From Patescibacteria group bacterium UBA7435 (GTDB taxonomy: Bacteria > Patescibacteriota > Minisyncoccia > Phycocordibacterales > UBA918), in the NCBI GenBank assembly GCA_002477545.1, contig DLQJ01000016.1:24528-88527 (forward strand): 64,000 nucleotides of DNA. Direction: 5' to 3'. Shown one piece after another: positions 17,914-27,948 of the stretch. Position 1 is the first letter of the stretch, and every line of letters begins with the position of its first letter. Below the pieces are notes generated by a model that was not told where the DNA came from, did not search any database, and worked only from the letters and a program-made list of their open reading frames with translations. A program made the translations under genes and the position numbers.

Positions 17914-19083
17914 ATGGCTGATCGAATTATCACAGGAATTGATGTTGGAACCTACCAAATCAAGGTAGTGATTGTTCGTGTACCCAAAAACAAGGGCGAG
18001 CGTGTACTTCCCCAGATTATAGGTACAGGATATGCTGAAAGTCGTGGCCTACGCAATGGGTACATCATCAATGACACAGACGTAGTTCGCAGTGTTCGTA
18101 GTGCAGTTGCTCAAGCTGAGAAAGCAGCTGGTGTTGAGGTGAAGAAAGCATACGTCGGTATGGGTGGCGTTGGGACCGATGAGATCACCTCACGTGGTGA
18201 AGTCATTACTTCGCGTGCTGATTCAGAAATTACCCACGTCGACCTTGAGAAAGCAATGCAAGACAGCGAAGCACGTATTCTTGAACACATTCCAAACCGA
18301 AAAGTACTGCATGCTATTCCCCTTTCATATCATGTAGATGGTGAATTGGTACTTGGTAAGCCACAGGGCATGCGCGGAACCAAACTTGAGGTTGATTCCC
18401 TTTTTATTACCACCTTCGAACAACACCTTAACGATCTGGTGAACGCAATTGAAAGCACGGGTATCGCAGTTGAAGACATTATGGCCTCATCACTTGCGGC
18501 AAGTTTTGTAATGCTTACCAAAGCACAAAAGCGTGCTGGATGTGTATTGGCAAACATCGGAGCAGAAACCGTTTCAATTGTAGTGTTTGAAAACAGCACC
18601 CCAATTTCAATAAAAGTATTCCCTATCGGATCAAACGATATCACTAACGACATCGCATTAGGGCTCAAGATCCCATTAGAGGAAGCCGAGAAGATTAAAC
18701 GTGGCGGATTAAGTAGTGCAAACTACTCAAAAAGAAAGCTTGATGAGATTGTTGCAGCCCGCCTAACTGACATTTTTGAACTTATCGACGCACACTTGAA
18801 ATCAATCAAACGTGATGGCCTACTCCCTGCTGGGATCATCATCACCGGTGGAGGATCAGGCATCTCAACCATCCAAGACCTTGCACGAGGTGCGCTTAAA
18901 CTCCCCTCTCGCATCGCAACACTCGACCCAGGACAAAATGGAAAGATCCGTGACGCATCATGGGCAGTATCATATGGACTATGTATGTGGGGCACCAGTG
19001 ACGAAGAGGATGAGAGCCCACTAGGAATTGCAAAGCACACTAAGAACAACATCGTGCAGTGGTTCAGTCAGTTTCTGCCATAG
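17914..19083 (+). CDS. ftsA: Cell division protein FtsA
   Basis: GIDVGT, NIGAET, ITNDIA, IITGGGS; directly upstream of ftsZ. Confidence 0.93.
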   Translation: MADRIITGIDVGTYQIKVVIVRVPKNKGERVLPQIIGTGYAESRGLRNGYIINDTDVVRSVRSAVAQAEKAAGVEVKKAYVGMGGVGTDEITSRGEVITSRADSEITHVDLEKAMQDSEARILEHIPNRKVLHAIPLSYHVDGELVLGKPQGMRGTKLEVDSLFITTFEQHLNDLVNAIESTGIAVEDIMASSLAASFVMLTKAQKRAGCVLANIGAETVSIVVFENSTPISIKVFPIGSNDITNDIALGLKIPLEEAEKIKRGGLSSANYSKRKLDEIVAARLTDIFELIDAHLKSIKRDGLLPAGIIITGGGSGISTIQDLARGALKLPSRIATLDPGQNGKIRDASWAVSYGLCMWGTSDEEDESPLGIAKHTKNNIVQWFSQFLP

Positions 19084-19256
19084 TAAATTTTGAAATAAAC
19101 ACAAAAAATGCCTTTCGTAAAACACACGAAAGACATTTTTGTCAATATGGTGACAGATGTAATGGGAGCGTGTATTATGTCGTTACTTACAAGTTATCTG
19201 TTACGGGTTGTAGAGCGTCTGTGCAGTGAGTTAGGTGGTATTTAATATTATATTTT

Positions 19257-20507
19257 ATGGAACAAATTAAATCAGACGTTGAATCATTCGCACGAATTCG
19301 TGTTATCGGTGTAGGAGGATCAGGAAACAATGCAGTGAATCACATGATCTCAAATAAGATCAAAGGTGTTGAGTTCATTGCAATCAACAGTGACGCACAG
19401 GACTTGCATCACTCACTTGCAAAGAAAAAGATTCACGTAGGTAAGAATCTTACCCGTGGTCTTGGTGCTGGAGGAAACCCTGAAATGGGCCGTAAAGCAG
19501 CAGAAGAAACACGAGAGGAAATCTCTAACTCACTAAAGGGTACCGACATGATCTTCATTACTGGAGGAATGGGAGGTGGTACTGGAACAGGTGCAGCTCC
19601 TGTTGTCGCAAAGATCGCTCGTGAAAGTGGTGCACTAACTGTCGGTGTAGTTACTAAGCCTTTCCTATTTGAAGGTCAAGAACGAATGCGACTTGCAATG
19701 CAAGGTATCGAAGAACTCAAAAAAGAAGTAGACGCTCTGATTACTATTCCTAACGATCGACTACTCGCAATCGTTGATAAAGAAACTACAGTCAAGAATG
19801 CATTTGGCATGTGTGACGATATTCTGAAGCAAGCAGTAGAAGGTATCTCTGACTTGATCACTATGCCAGGTATCATTAACGTTGACTTTGCTGACATCCG
19901 TTCTGTTATGGAAAACGCTGGTTCAGCACTTATGGGAATCGGAATGGCTACAGGAGACAAGCGAGCTGAGGAAGCAGCGACTGCTGCGATCAATTCCCCA
20001 CTTCTTGAAGTATCTATCACGGGAGCCAAAGGTGTACTCTTTGCAATTGCCGGAGGTGATGACCTTGGAATGCTTGAGATTCAAGATGCAGCTCGAGTAA
20101 TTACTGAATCTATCGATCCACACGCAAAGGTAATCTTCGGAGCAATTAGGGACGAGAAAATTAAGAAGAATGAACTAAAGGTAACCGTAATTGCGACAGG
20201 ATTCCCTGAGCTTGATGGTACGCCACAAAGTTCGACGGTCGTGCGTACTCCTGCTTCACGTCACAATACTGACGAGCAACCTGAAGAAGAAGGACGTGGA
20301 CGTATCTTTAACTCACTTAGTTCGTCACGAAAGAAAGAGGAGCCAGAAGTTGCCGTAGAAGCAGCATCTGCTCCAGCAGAACGAAAACCAGAACCAGTAA
20401 AATCCGAAATCAAAACCGAACCACGACCAGTGGACCCAATTGATGATGAGGATGATGAGGACTGGGGTGCCGTACCAGCATTTCTGCGACGATCAAAGCT
20501 TAAATAA
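19257..20507 (+). CDS. ftsZ: Cell division protein FtsZ
   Basis: GGGTGTG, INVDFAD, C-terminal VPAFLRR. Confidence 0.99.
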   Translation: MEQIKSDVESFARIRVIGVGGSGNNAVNHMISNKIKGVEFIAINSDAQDLHHSLAKKKIHVGKNLTRGLGAGGNPEMGRKAAEETREEISNSLKGTDMIFITGGMGGGTGTGAAPVVAKIARESGALTVGVVTKPFLFEGQERMRLAMQGIEELKKEVDALITIPNDRLLAIVDKETTVKNAFGMCDDILKQAVEGISDLITMPGIINVDFADIRSVMENAGSALMGIGMATGDKRAEEAATAAINSPLLEVSITGAKGVLFAIAGGDDLGMLEIQDAARVITESIDPHAKVIFGAIRDEKIKKNELKVTVIATGFPELDGTPQSSTVVRTPASRHNTDEQPEEEGRGRIFNSLSSSRKKEEPEVAVEAASAPAERKPEPVKSEIKTEPRPVDPIDDEDDEDWGAVPAFLRRSKLK

Positions 20508-20617
20508 GTCTTGACGAGCAAGAAATCTCCTAGAAACCCGTGACAATGTCACCGGTTTCTAGCATCCCACTCTAAAATCCCGTATAATAGGTGAATTATT
20601 TATCTATATATACTGAC

Positions 20618-21541
20618 ATGTACGACTTGATTATCATTGGAGGAGGACCTGGAGGGATCGCAGCAGGAGTATACGCATCACGGAAACAACTTAATACCCT
20701 CTTTGTAACTAAGGAATGGGGTGGACAAAGTATCGTCTCACCTGATATTCAAAACTGGATCGGGACACCCTCTATTTCAGGCGACCAACTTGCAAAAGAT
20801 CTTGAAAACCACCTACGAGCCTATGCGGGTGAGTTTGTTGAAATTAAAGATAAGAATCTTGTAACCAGTATCATCAAGGAAGATGACGGTACTTTTACTG
20901 CAACGTTTGAGGACGAGTCTACAGCACAAGCAAAGGCAATACTTATCGCAACAGGATCAAAACGGCGACAGCTACCGACTCCTGGTGCTGAGCAATTTGA
21001 ACACAAAGGACTCACCTACTGTGCAACCTGTGATGGCCCGCTGTTCTCTGGACAAGACGTTGTAGTGGTTGGGGGTGGGAACGCAGCGTTTGAGACTGCA
21101 GCACAGCTTCTGGCGTACACTAAGAGCGTTACGCTTCTCCAACGAAGCGATTCATACCGTGCAGACCCAGTAACTGTTGAAAAAGTACTTTCTCACGAAA
21201 ATATGACAGGTGTACTTAATGCCGACCTTACTGAGATTAAAGGAGACAACTTCGTATCAGGACTTACCTACAAAGATGCTGACGGAAACGAACAAGAACT
21301 CGCTGTTACAGGAATTTTTGCAGAAATTGGAATGATCCCAAACACTGACTTCCTCGAAGGGGTTATCGAATTAGACGACTACAAACGAGTAACTATCGAT
21401 CCATGGACACAACAGACAAGCGTGCCAGGAATTTGGGCCGCTGGAGATTGCACCAATATTAAGTATCATCAGAATAATATTAGTGCAGGTGACGCGGTAC
21501 GCGCTCTTGAGGATATCTACGTACATCTCAAGACTAAATAA
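20618..21541 (+). CDS. trxB: Thioredoxin reductase-like FAD/NAD(P) oxidoreductase
   Basis: GGGPGG, CATCDG, GGGNAA, WAAGD. Confidence 0.88.
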   Translation: MYDLIIIGGGPGGIAAGVYASRKQLNTLFVTKEWGGQSIVSPDIQNWIGTPSISGDQLAKDLENHLRAYAGEFVEIKDKNLVTSIIKEDDGTFTATFEDESTAQAKAILIATGSKRRQLPTPGAEQFEHKGLTYCATCDGPLFSGQDVVVVGGGNAAFETAAQLLAYTKSVTLLQRSDSYRADPVTVEKVLSHENMTGVLNADLTEIKGDNFVSGLTYKDADGNEQELAVTGIFAEIGMIPNTDFLEGVIELDDYKRVTIDPWTQQTSVPGIWAAGDCTNIKYHQNNISAGDAVRALEDIYVHLKTK

Positions 21542-21583
21542 CTCCAAAACTACTTCATCGTTACTTTTACACAAACTCTGGTG

Positions 21584-21623
21584 AATCAAAAGAACCCTGC
21601 GCACACGCAGGGTTCTTTTGATT
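21584..21623 (+). terminator. Intrinsic terminator after trxB
   Basis: AATCAAAAGAACCCTGCG-CACA-CGCAGGGTTCTTTTGATT. Confidence 0.75.
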
Positions 21624-21863
21624 TTGATGTTTCAATTTTTAGAAAAGTGAAAGGGCCTATCGGACAAATGACAAGTCACTTATCCGATAGGCCCTTCCTT
21701 GTACAACGTAGAGCTTTTAGATCTGCACGCCTGTACCTTTGTTAGCCTACAAAGATATAGTATGAATATCACCACCGCGCAAACCTATATACATACTCTC
21801 ACACCAGAAAACAAGGTCAATACCACGCAACTACCCACTGTAAAGGCTTATTTTTAGCCATTA

Positions 21864-21944
21864 TGGGGATAACTAGGGGATAAGTATATGTATAACTACA
21901 GGTACAACTGGGGTAAAACTAGGTGTAAAAGCATGTGTGTAAGT
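21864..21944. repeat. Seven phased 11-12 bp degenerate repeats resembling DnaA boxes
   Basis: TGGGGATAACT, AGGGGATAAGT, ATATGTATAACT, ACAGGTACAACT, GGGGTAAAACT, AGGTGTAAAAGC, ATGTGTGTAAGT. Confidence 0.55.
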
Positions 21945-21974
21945 AGAAATGCACATTACACAATATTTTGTGAA

Positions 21975-22733
21975 TTATACCCTAAAAAATGTTCCAACAA
22001 GGAAAGCAATAAGAGCTGCCGCTCCCCCAACTACAAGCACCTCAAAGAGCGACTTGCCAAGACTTGAACCTACAATCTTCCACTTAAGAAGTCCCAGAAG
22101 AACCAACGCAACGAACGTCCCAAAGATAGAGTATTCAAACAAAGCTGCAGTTGATGAGTCACCCCAGAACATAAACGGCAACAACGGAATCGCTCCAAAT
22201 ACTAAGAATGATGCAAAGGTAGCAAATCCTGTGTACACAGGATTGTCTCCGCGAGGATCAGGCATTTCAAGTTCGTGAGTCATCATGAAATCTACCCAGT
22301 ATGTCTCATTAGACTTATAGATATCAGCAAGCGTCGTCGCTTGATCTTCAGTAAATCCCTTTTGCATCATAATAGTAATAGTCTCTACGTATTCCATTTC
22401 AGTATTATTTCGAATCTCATTTACCTCCTTCTTTCGTGCAGCCCTATAGAGATCCTGATCTGACTTAACCGCAAGAAAGTTTCCAAGCCCCATAGACACA
22501 CCATCAGCAAAGAGGTTTGCCAGTCCGAATAGAAGCACTACTAAAAACGAGAGTTGCGTTGTTGTCTCATTCGACAAAGCCGCACCAGAGAATCCGGCTA
22601 CAACCGCAAAAGTAGTTACAATTCCATCAATTCCACCGTAAATTACCTCTTTAAAGTAATCAGCAAGTGGTGATTGGGAATGTTCATCGTGAAGGTGCTG
22701 TGCAAGCGCCTCATCTCGAGTTGTGGTATGCAT
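21975..22733 (-). CDS. VIT1/CCC1 family Fe/Mn transporter
   Basis: IYGGIDGIVTTFAVVAG, ANLFADGVSMGLG. Confidence 0.93.
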   Translation of the reverse strand: MHTTTRDEALAQHLHDEHSQSPLADYFKEVIYGGIDGIVTTFAVVAGFSGAALSNETTTQLSFLVVLLFGLANLFADGVSMGLGNFLAVKSDQDLYRAARKKEVNEIRNNTEMEYVETITIMMQKGFTEDQATTLADIYKSNETYWVDFMMTHELEMPDPRGDNPVYTGFATFASFLVFGAIPLLPFMFWGDSSTAALFEYSIFGTFVALVLLGLLKWKIVGSSLGKSLFEVLVVGGAAALIAFLVGTFFRV

Positions 22734-22860
22734 GAGAGTATTGTAGCAGAAGTAGTTATATGGAGATACAAGCACTAGCTTTTTTGTGTTTATTTGGTAC
22801 TATATTGGCCACGTTTACTGTTTTCTGTAAACATAAGTAATACTGACCAAAATATAAAAT

Positions 22861-22932
22861 GGTCCCATCGTCTAATGGTTAGGACGCTAGGTTTTCATCC
22901 TAGAAATCGGAGTTCGATTCTCCGTGGGATCA
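22861..22932 (+). tRNA. tRNA-Glu(TTC)
   Basis: Anticodon arm CTAGG-TTTTCAT-CCTAG; GTTCGATTC. Confidence 0.95.
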
Positions 22933-23130
22933 CACAGGAAAGATAACAAAACACTACTTCTTAAGAAGTAGTGTTTTGTTATCTTAGAAGCTGAACTGCT
23001 TCAGCTTCGGCCTGTGTGATAAGCGCAGACATATTTTTATTATTCATAATATAAAAACAGTCGAGCTGGGGTCGAGAACACTTGGTAGATTCTGAACATA
23101 GTGAAAGAATATACTTAGTGATTTGTGACC
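22933..23130 (+). repeat. tRNA-Glu tail element (module C)
   Basis: Long hairpin 22940-22985; 23011-23020 pairs with 22929-22938; 23063-23130 aligns with the tRNA-Phe tail. Confidence 0.75.
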
Positions 23131-23169
23131 ATATACAACTCCACAAACCAATTATGGTATTCTTTCCCC

Positions 23170-23910
23170 ATGAAACTAATCTCGATCAACGCTGAGCATT
23201 CAAATCATTTCTCTAAAACGATGCCTTTTCTTACTACTGAAATGGCCGACGTAGTGTGCGTACAAGAATGTACACAGCCAATACAAAATGCGCTGGAGGA
23301 TCTTGGTTACCATACGCACTTTGGTACCACAGTATTACATGATAAAGATGGAAAAGTAGTCCCTGCAGGCAACCTTTTCGCCTCACTAATTCCTGCAGTC
23401 GTATATACTCAATATTATTACGAACCTGCAGAGGAACTCACTGCCTTCGACCCATCACGTGTTCGCGAATCCTTTAAACAGGGTCTTATCAATGCGACAT
23501 TGGTCATAGACGGCACCGAATACACGATTATAACGACTCATTTCACCTGGACTCTTGATGGAAGTGCCCCAAGCAAAAATCAAAAAGATGACCTCGATGC
23601 ATTACTAAAGTACACAGAAAAACTTCCTGAACACATACTTGTTGGTGATTTTAATATTCCACGTTTACACAACCCGCTCTACAAAAAACTAACTGACGTA
23701 TACACGGACCAAATACCAAAAGAATTCAAATCAAGTTTAGATAAAGACCTCCATCGGGTTGGCAACGATCCTGAAAAATCAATTCTCTTCACTGACTACA
23801 TGGTTGACTACCTATTCACCAAAGGTACATACACCGCACCACATGTAGAACTTATTTTTGGTGTTAGTGACCATGCTGCTATTGTTGCAACCATACACAA
23901 GGAGAATTAA
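23170..23910 (+). CDS. Endonuclease/exonuclease/phosphatase family protein
   Basis: DVVCVQE, TTHF, LVGDFN, VDYLF, SDH. Confidence 0.9.
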   Translation: MKLISINAEHSNHFSKTMPFLTTEMADVVCVQECTQPIQNALEDLGYHTHFGTTVLHDKDGKVVPAGNLFASLIPAVVYTQYYYEPAEELTAFDPSRVRESFKQGLINATLVIDGTEYTIITTHFTWTLDGSAPSKNQKDDLDALLKYTEKLPEHILVGDFNIPRLHNPLYKKLTDVYTDQIPKEFKSSLDKDLHRVGNDPEKSILFTDYMVDYLFTKGTYTAPHVELIFGVSDHAAIVATIHKEN

Positions 23911-24485
23911 CGATCACACTCGCCCCACTGTCCAACCTTTTCAAAACGTGCTGACTTTTCTGCATCTCTGTACACTTTTTGGTTTTGGTATGGTTTGATA
24001 AAAGTAAATTCTTCGGCATACCCTTGTGTAATCATCACCTCTCCAAAGTCAGTACCATCTTCCATTTGTATATACGCAAGGACACGATCATACTTGTCGC
24101 GCATGTCTTGCGAGGAATCTGTTTGTATGTGAACCGATGTGTCTGCAAGTAATTCCTGCGCGTATGCAGAAGCCTCAGCACCGTAACACTCTGCCCCCCT
24201 ACTTGAATGTTCAGTTTCAGGAGTATCAATACCAAGTACCCGAATAGTTTCTTGCTGTCCATCAATCTGTAGCTGTACTGTGTCTCCATCAATCACTGAC
24301 AAAATCGGATACGGACCATCGTATGTTTGTACTGTTATTTTATCTGACTGTTCAGATAAAGATTCAAATTGCGTATCTACAGCGTCTTCAATGTACTCCT
24401 TAGGTACATCAAGACCAATATAACCAAGCACTGCGACGATAGTCGCAACCAGCAGTACTTTTATAAGCGGAGTATTCTTTTTCAT
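23907..24485 (-). CDS. Thermonuclease (SNase) family protein, membrane-anchored
   Basis: VIDGDT, IRVLGIDTPE, DKYDRVLAY. Confidence 0.93.
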   Translation of the reverse strand: MKKNTPLIKVLLVATIVAVLGYIGLDVPKEYIEDAVDTQFESLSEQSDKITVQTYDGPYPILSVIDGDTVQLQIDGQQETIRVLGIDTPETEHSSRGAECYGAEASAYAQELLADTSVHIQTDSSQDMRDKYDRVLAYIQMEDGTDFGEVMITQGYAEEFTFIKPYQNQKVYRDAEKSARFEKVGQWGECDR

Positions 24486-24518
24486 GTCACAATTATACCG
24501 CACGTAAAAAGGCGATGG

Positions 24519-25328
24519 TTATACCATCGCCTTTATATTATTTTTTACCTTCTGTTTTGCAGTAGCTTCAATCTGTCGCACGCGTTCTCTGGTGATCTTA
24601 TATTTCTTGCCAAGATTTTCAAGTGTCGCAACACTATCCGTGTCACGAGGATAACGTTTGAGTAAGATATCTTTTTCACGATCAGATAAACAATTAAGTG
24701 CCCGATAGTAACACACAAGACGTTCTTCTGTAATCAGCATCTCCAACACTGAAGGTCCTTCTGCTTCAAATGAATCGATAAAATCTCTTTCCTCACTGTC
24801 AAGACCAAAAGTTATTACCGACTGTTCGGAAACCAATTTACCAAAACAAAATGGTAACAGGTCCCGAATCCGGTACTCCTTGACCTTTAGTTTCTCTGCA
24901 AGATTCTGTACCGAAGCCTCACTTCCATCAAGATTGAGTTCTTTGCTTACCTTTTGTATTTCAGCAACCAATTTCCATGCATTAGGAGGAATCTTAACAC
25001 CAGCACTAGTACGGATATAATACTCTCTGATACAGTTCTGAACATGCCAAAAGGAAAATGTGGTGAACTTACCTTTCTGTGGCTGAAATGCTTTCATGTT
25101 TTTGAAAACACTAATCTGAATTTCAGTCAAGAGATCTTCACGGTCTTCTTTTTCAAGAGATTGAAGATTTGGATGATTACGCATTAATTTTAGAAAATAA
25201 AGCGTATGTGTCATTATAATTTTCCACCCGGATTCTTCCGAACCAGCAAGAAAATCTTTTTGTAGTACCTCAACTTCTTCTGAAGAGAGAAATTTTGTTC
25301 TATGCATTGCGCCCTCCTTCAATTGCAC
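24519..25328 (-). CDS. Sigma-70 family alternative sigma factor (regions 2-4)
   Basis: FQPQKGKFTTFSFW (region 2.3-like); TLENLGKKYKITRERVRQIE (region 4.2). Confidence 0.85.
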   Translation of the reverse strand: MQLKEGAMHRTKFLSSEEVEVLQKDFLAGSEESGWKIIMTHTLYFLKLMRNHPNLQSLEKEDREDLLTEIQISVFKNMKAFQPQKGKFTTFSFWHVQNCIREYYIRTSAGVKIPPNAWKLVAEIQKVSKELNLDGSEASVQNLAEKLKVKEYRIRDLLPFCFGKLVSEQSVITFGLDSEERDFIDSFEAEGPSVLEMLITEERLVCYYRALNCLSDREKDILLKRYPRDTDSVATLENLGKKYKITRERVRQIEATAKQKVKNNIKAMV

Positions 25329-25342
25329 GATCCATTTCCACC

Positions 25343-27157
25343 TTACTCTACAGTCACCGACTTTGCAAGATTTCTAGGCCGATCTACATTCAATCCTTTG
25401 GAAACACCCACATAATAGGCAAAAAGGTACGTCGGGATAACTGAAACAATTGGCTGTACAATCGGATGTACTTTCGGTACATAAATGACGTCGTCTACCA
25501 AATCTGCAATCTGTGTGTCTCCTTGAGTAGCTATGGCTAATACTGGTGCACTGCGCGCTTTTACTTCTTCAATATTTGAAACCATCTTTTCATACACATC
25601 GTCTTGTGGAACTAGAGCGATAACAGGAAAATTTTCATCTAGTAGCGCAATCGAACCATGCTTTAACTCTCCTCCTGCATAGGCCTCAGCGTGAATATAT
25701 GTCACCTCCTTAAGCTTTAATGATCCTTCGTACGCAATTGGTGCATGGAATTTCCTGCCGATGTACATTGCGTTTGTGTAGTGCGCATACTTTTCTGCGA
25801 TCTTCTGAATATCTTTATGTTGGTCGAGCACTTTCTGTACCTGATCAGGCAAGTCTTGCAGTGCTTGCGCAATCTCCTTTCCATCTTCCTGCGTCATTCC
25901 CTTCTCTCGTCCAATCAAAAGTGTCAAAAGAATCATCACCACAATCTGCGACACTACCGCCTTACTCGAGGCAATACTAATCTCAGGACCAGCATGGTTG
26001 TAGACTCCAGCATCAGTCTCGCGCGCGATAGTTGAACCAACGACATTCACAATTCCAAGTGTTAAAAGATCCATCTTTTTTGCTAACCTGATTGCAGCAA
26101 GAGTGTCTGCTGTCTCGCCCGATTGTGTCACTGCAAGTACAGCACTGTTTTTATCTGGAATGACTGTACGATATCGGTATTCACTTGCGAGCTCAGTGTC
26201 CACCGGAAGTTTTGTGTATTCTTCAATAAGATATTTTCCTACTTGAGTAGCGTATGCTGCTGAACCGCATGCAACCATCACTAGACGATTAAGGTTTGTG
26301 AGCTGATCGAGCACTCCCTCTACTCCACCGAGTTTAGCTCGTCCCTTTTCTACCAATAGTCGTCCGCGCGTTGTGTTCTTAATAGCTTGAGGAATCTCCA
26401 TAATTTCCTTTAGGAGATAATGATCATATCCGTCTTTCTGAATTGCCTCTGCTTCCCATTCGACTGTTTCAGTAGACTTCTTTCTCTTTTCACCAGCGAT
26501 AGTCACCACGTCATATCCGTCTTTAGTCACTACTGCAATCTCGCCATCATCGAGATATACCACATCTTTAGTGTGTGCCAACAGTGCTGACGGATCAGAC
26601 GATACGAAGTGACCATCAGTTCCAACACCCAATACAATGGGACTGCCCATGCGTGCCACGATCATCTGCTTCGTATCTTTTTCAGACATCACTGCTATTC
26701 CGTAGGTTCCTCGTACGCGCACCAACGCAGCTTGTACGGCCTTTTTAAGGTCTCCTGCATACAATGTCCCGATAAGCTTCGAGAGTACCTCTGTATCAGT
26801 ATCAGAGTTAAAAGTAATACCTTGTGCAATAAGCCCCTCTCGAAGTTCACGGAAGTTTTCAATAATACCGTTGTGTACAATCCAAACGCCACCACTCATG
26901 TCCTGATGTGGGTGCGCATTCTCTACTGTTGGAGGACCATGTGTTGCCCAACGTGTGTGTGCAATGCCTGAGGTTCCAGGGATAGTTTGAGTGATTTCAG
27001 CTGCTAAATTATCAATAGGGCCAACAGCTTTGACGGCACCAAAACCTGGAACGTAGATACCCGCAGAATCATACCCACGGTATTCAAGTGTTCGCAAACC
27101 TTCAATAAGTATAGGTTCTGCTGTTCTACTTCCTACATATCCAAATATTCCGCACAT
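25343..27157 (-). CDS. glmS: Glutamine-fructose-6-phosphate transaminase
   Basis: MCGIFG, GIAHTRWATHG, QSGETADT, PRNLAKSVTVE. Confidence 0.99.
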   Translation of the reverse strand: MCGIFGYVGSRTAEPILIEGLRTLEYRGYDSAGIYVPGFGAVKAVGPIDNLAAEITQTIPGTSGIAHTRWATHGPPTVENAHPHQDMSGGVWIVHNGIIENFRELREGLIAQGITFNSDTDTEVLSKLIGTLYAGDLKKAVQAALVRVRGTYGIAVMSEKDTKQMIVARMGSPIVLGVGTDGHFVSSDPSALLAHTKDVVYLDDGEIAVVTKDGYDVVTIAGEKRKKSTETVEWEAEAIQKDGYDHYLLKEIMEIPQAIKNTTRGRLLVEKGRAKLGGVEGVLDQLTNLNRLVMVACGSAAYATQVGKYLIEEYTKLPVDTELASEYRYRTVIPDKNSAVLAVTQSGETADTLAAIRLAKKMDLLTLGIVNVVGSTIARETDAGVYNHAGPEISIASSKAVVSQIVVMILLTLLIGREKGMTQEDGKEIAQALQDLPDQVQKVLDQHKDIQKIAEKYAHYTNAMYIGRKFHAPIAYEGSLKLKEVTYIHAEAYAGGELKHGSIALLDENFPVIALVPQDDVYEKMVSNIEEVKARSAPVLAIATQGDTQIADLVDDVIYVPKVHPIVQPIVSVIPTYLFAYYVGVSKGLNVDRPRNLAKSVTVE

Positions 27158-27248
27158 AATGTAATTATTGTATCACGTTAATTGATATAGCATCGATGCT
27201 ATATAATACTTCCACTTCCCATACTAAGTTACGCCAAGTATACTGTTA

Positions 27249-27911
27249 ATGAAAAGGAGTCACTCCATGATTATAGAAAAAACAATACAATTTGTTCAAG
27301 AAACACTCGGTGGGGCTGAAGGTGGTCACGACTGGTTTCATATTGAGCGTGTCTGGAAAATTGCTAAGCACATTGGTGAAGTTGAAGGTAGCGTAGATAT
27401 GGAAATTGTAGAGCTTGGTGCTCTACTTCACGATATCGCTGATTCCAAATTTCATAACGGGGATGAAGAGATTGGGCCAAAAACTGCAAGGATCTTCCTT
27501 GAGTCGCAGAACTTTACTGAAGAAAAAATTATTGCAGTAGAAAATATCATTCGACATATTTCATTCAAAGGAAGTATCGAGGGTCAGAAGTGGACCTCCC
27601 CTGAGCTGAACATAGTACAAGATGCCGATCGCATCGATGCACTCGGAGCAATCGGTATCGCACGGACCTTTAACTACGGAGGACATAAAGGGCGAGCCCT
27701 CTACAACCCGGCGATCCCTCCGAATCTCAACATGAGTAAGGACGAGTATAAAAAAACTACCGCTCCTACACTCAACCACTTCCAAGAAAAACTATTTCTA
27801 TTAAAAGACTTGATGAACACCAATACAGCGAGGCAGATGGCAGAAAAACGGCATGACTTTATGATTACCTACGTTGATCAGTTCTTGGCAGAATGGGACG
27901 GACAAGAATAA
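27249..27911 (+). CDS. HD-domain phosphohydrolase (YedJ-like)
   Basis: GHDWFHIERV, LLHDIAD, VQDADRIDALGAIG. Confidence 0.92.
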   Translation: MKRSHSMIIEKTIQFVQETLGGAEGGHDWFHIERVWKIAKHIGEVEGSVDMEIVELGALLHDIADSKFHNGDEEIGPKTARIFLESQNFTEEKIIAVENIIRHISFKGSIEGQKWTSPELNIVQDADRIDALGAIGIARTFNYGGHKGRALYNPAIPPNLNMSKDEYKKTTAPTLNHFQEKLFLLKDLMNTNTARQMAEKRHDFMITYVDQFLAEWDGQE

Positions 27912-27948
27912 AATAAAAAACGGCACCTACATGGGTGCCGTTTTTATT

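Noticed and set aside
21864-21944. Possible CRISPR array
   Set aside because: Units are 11-12 bp with no spacers, and no cas genes are present.
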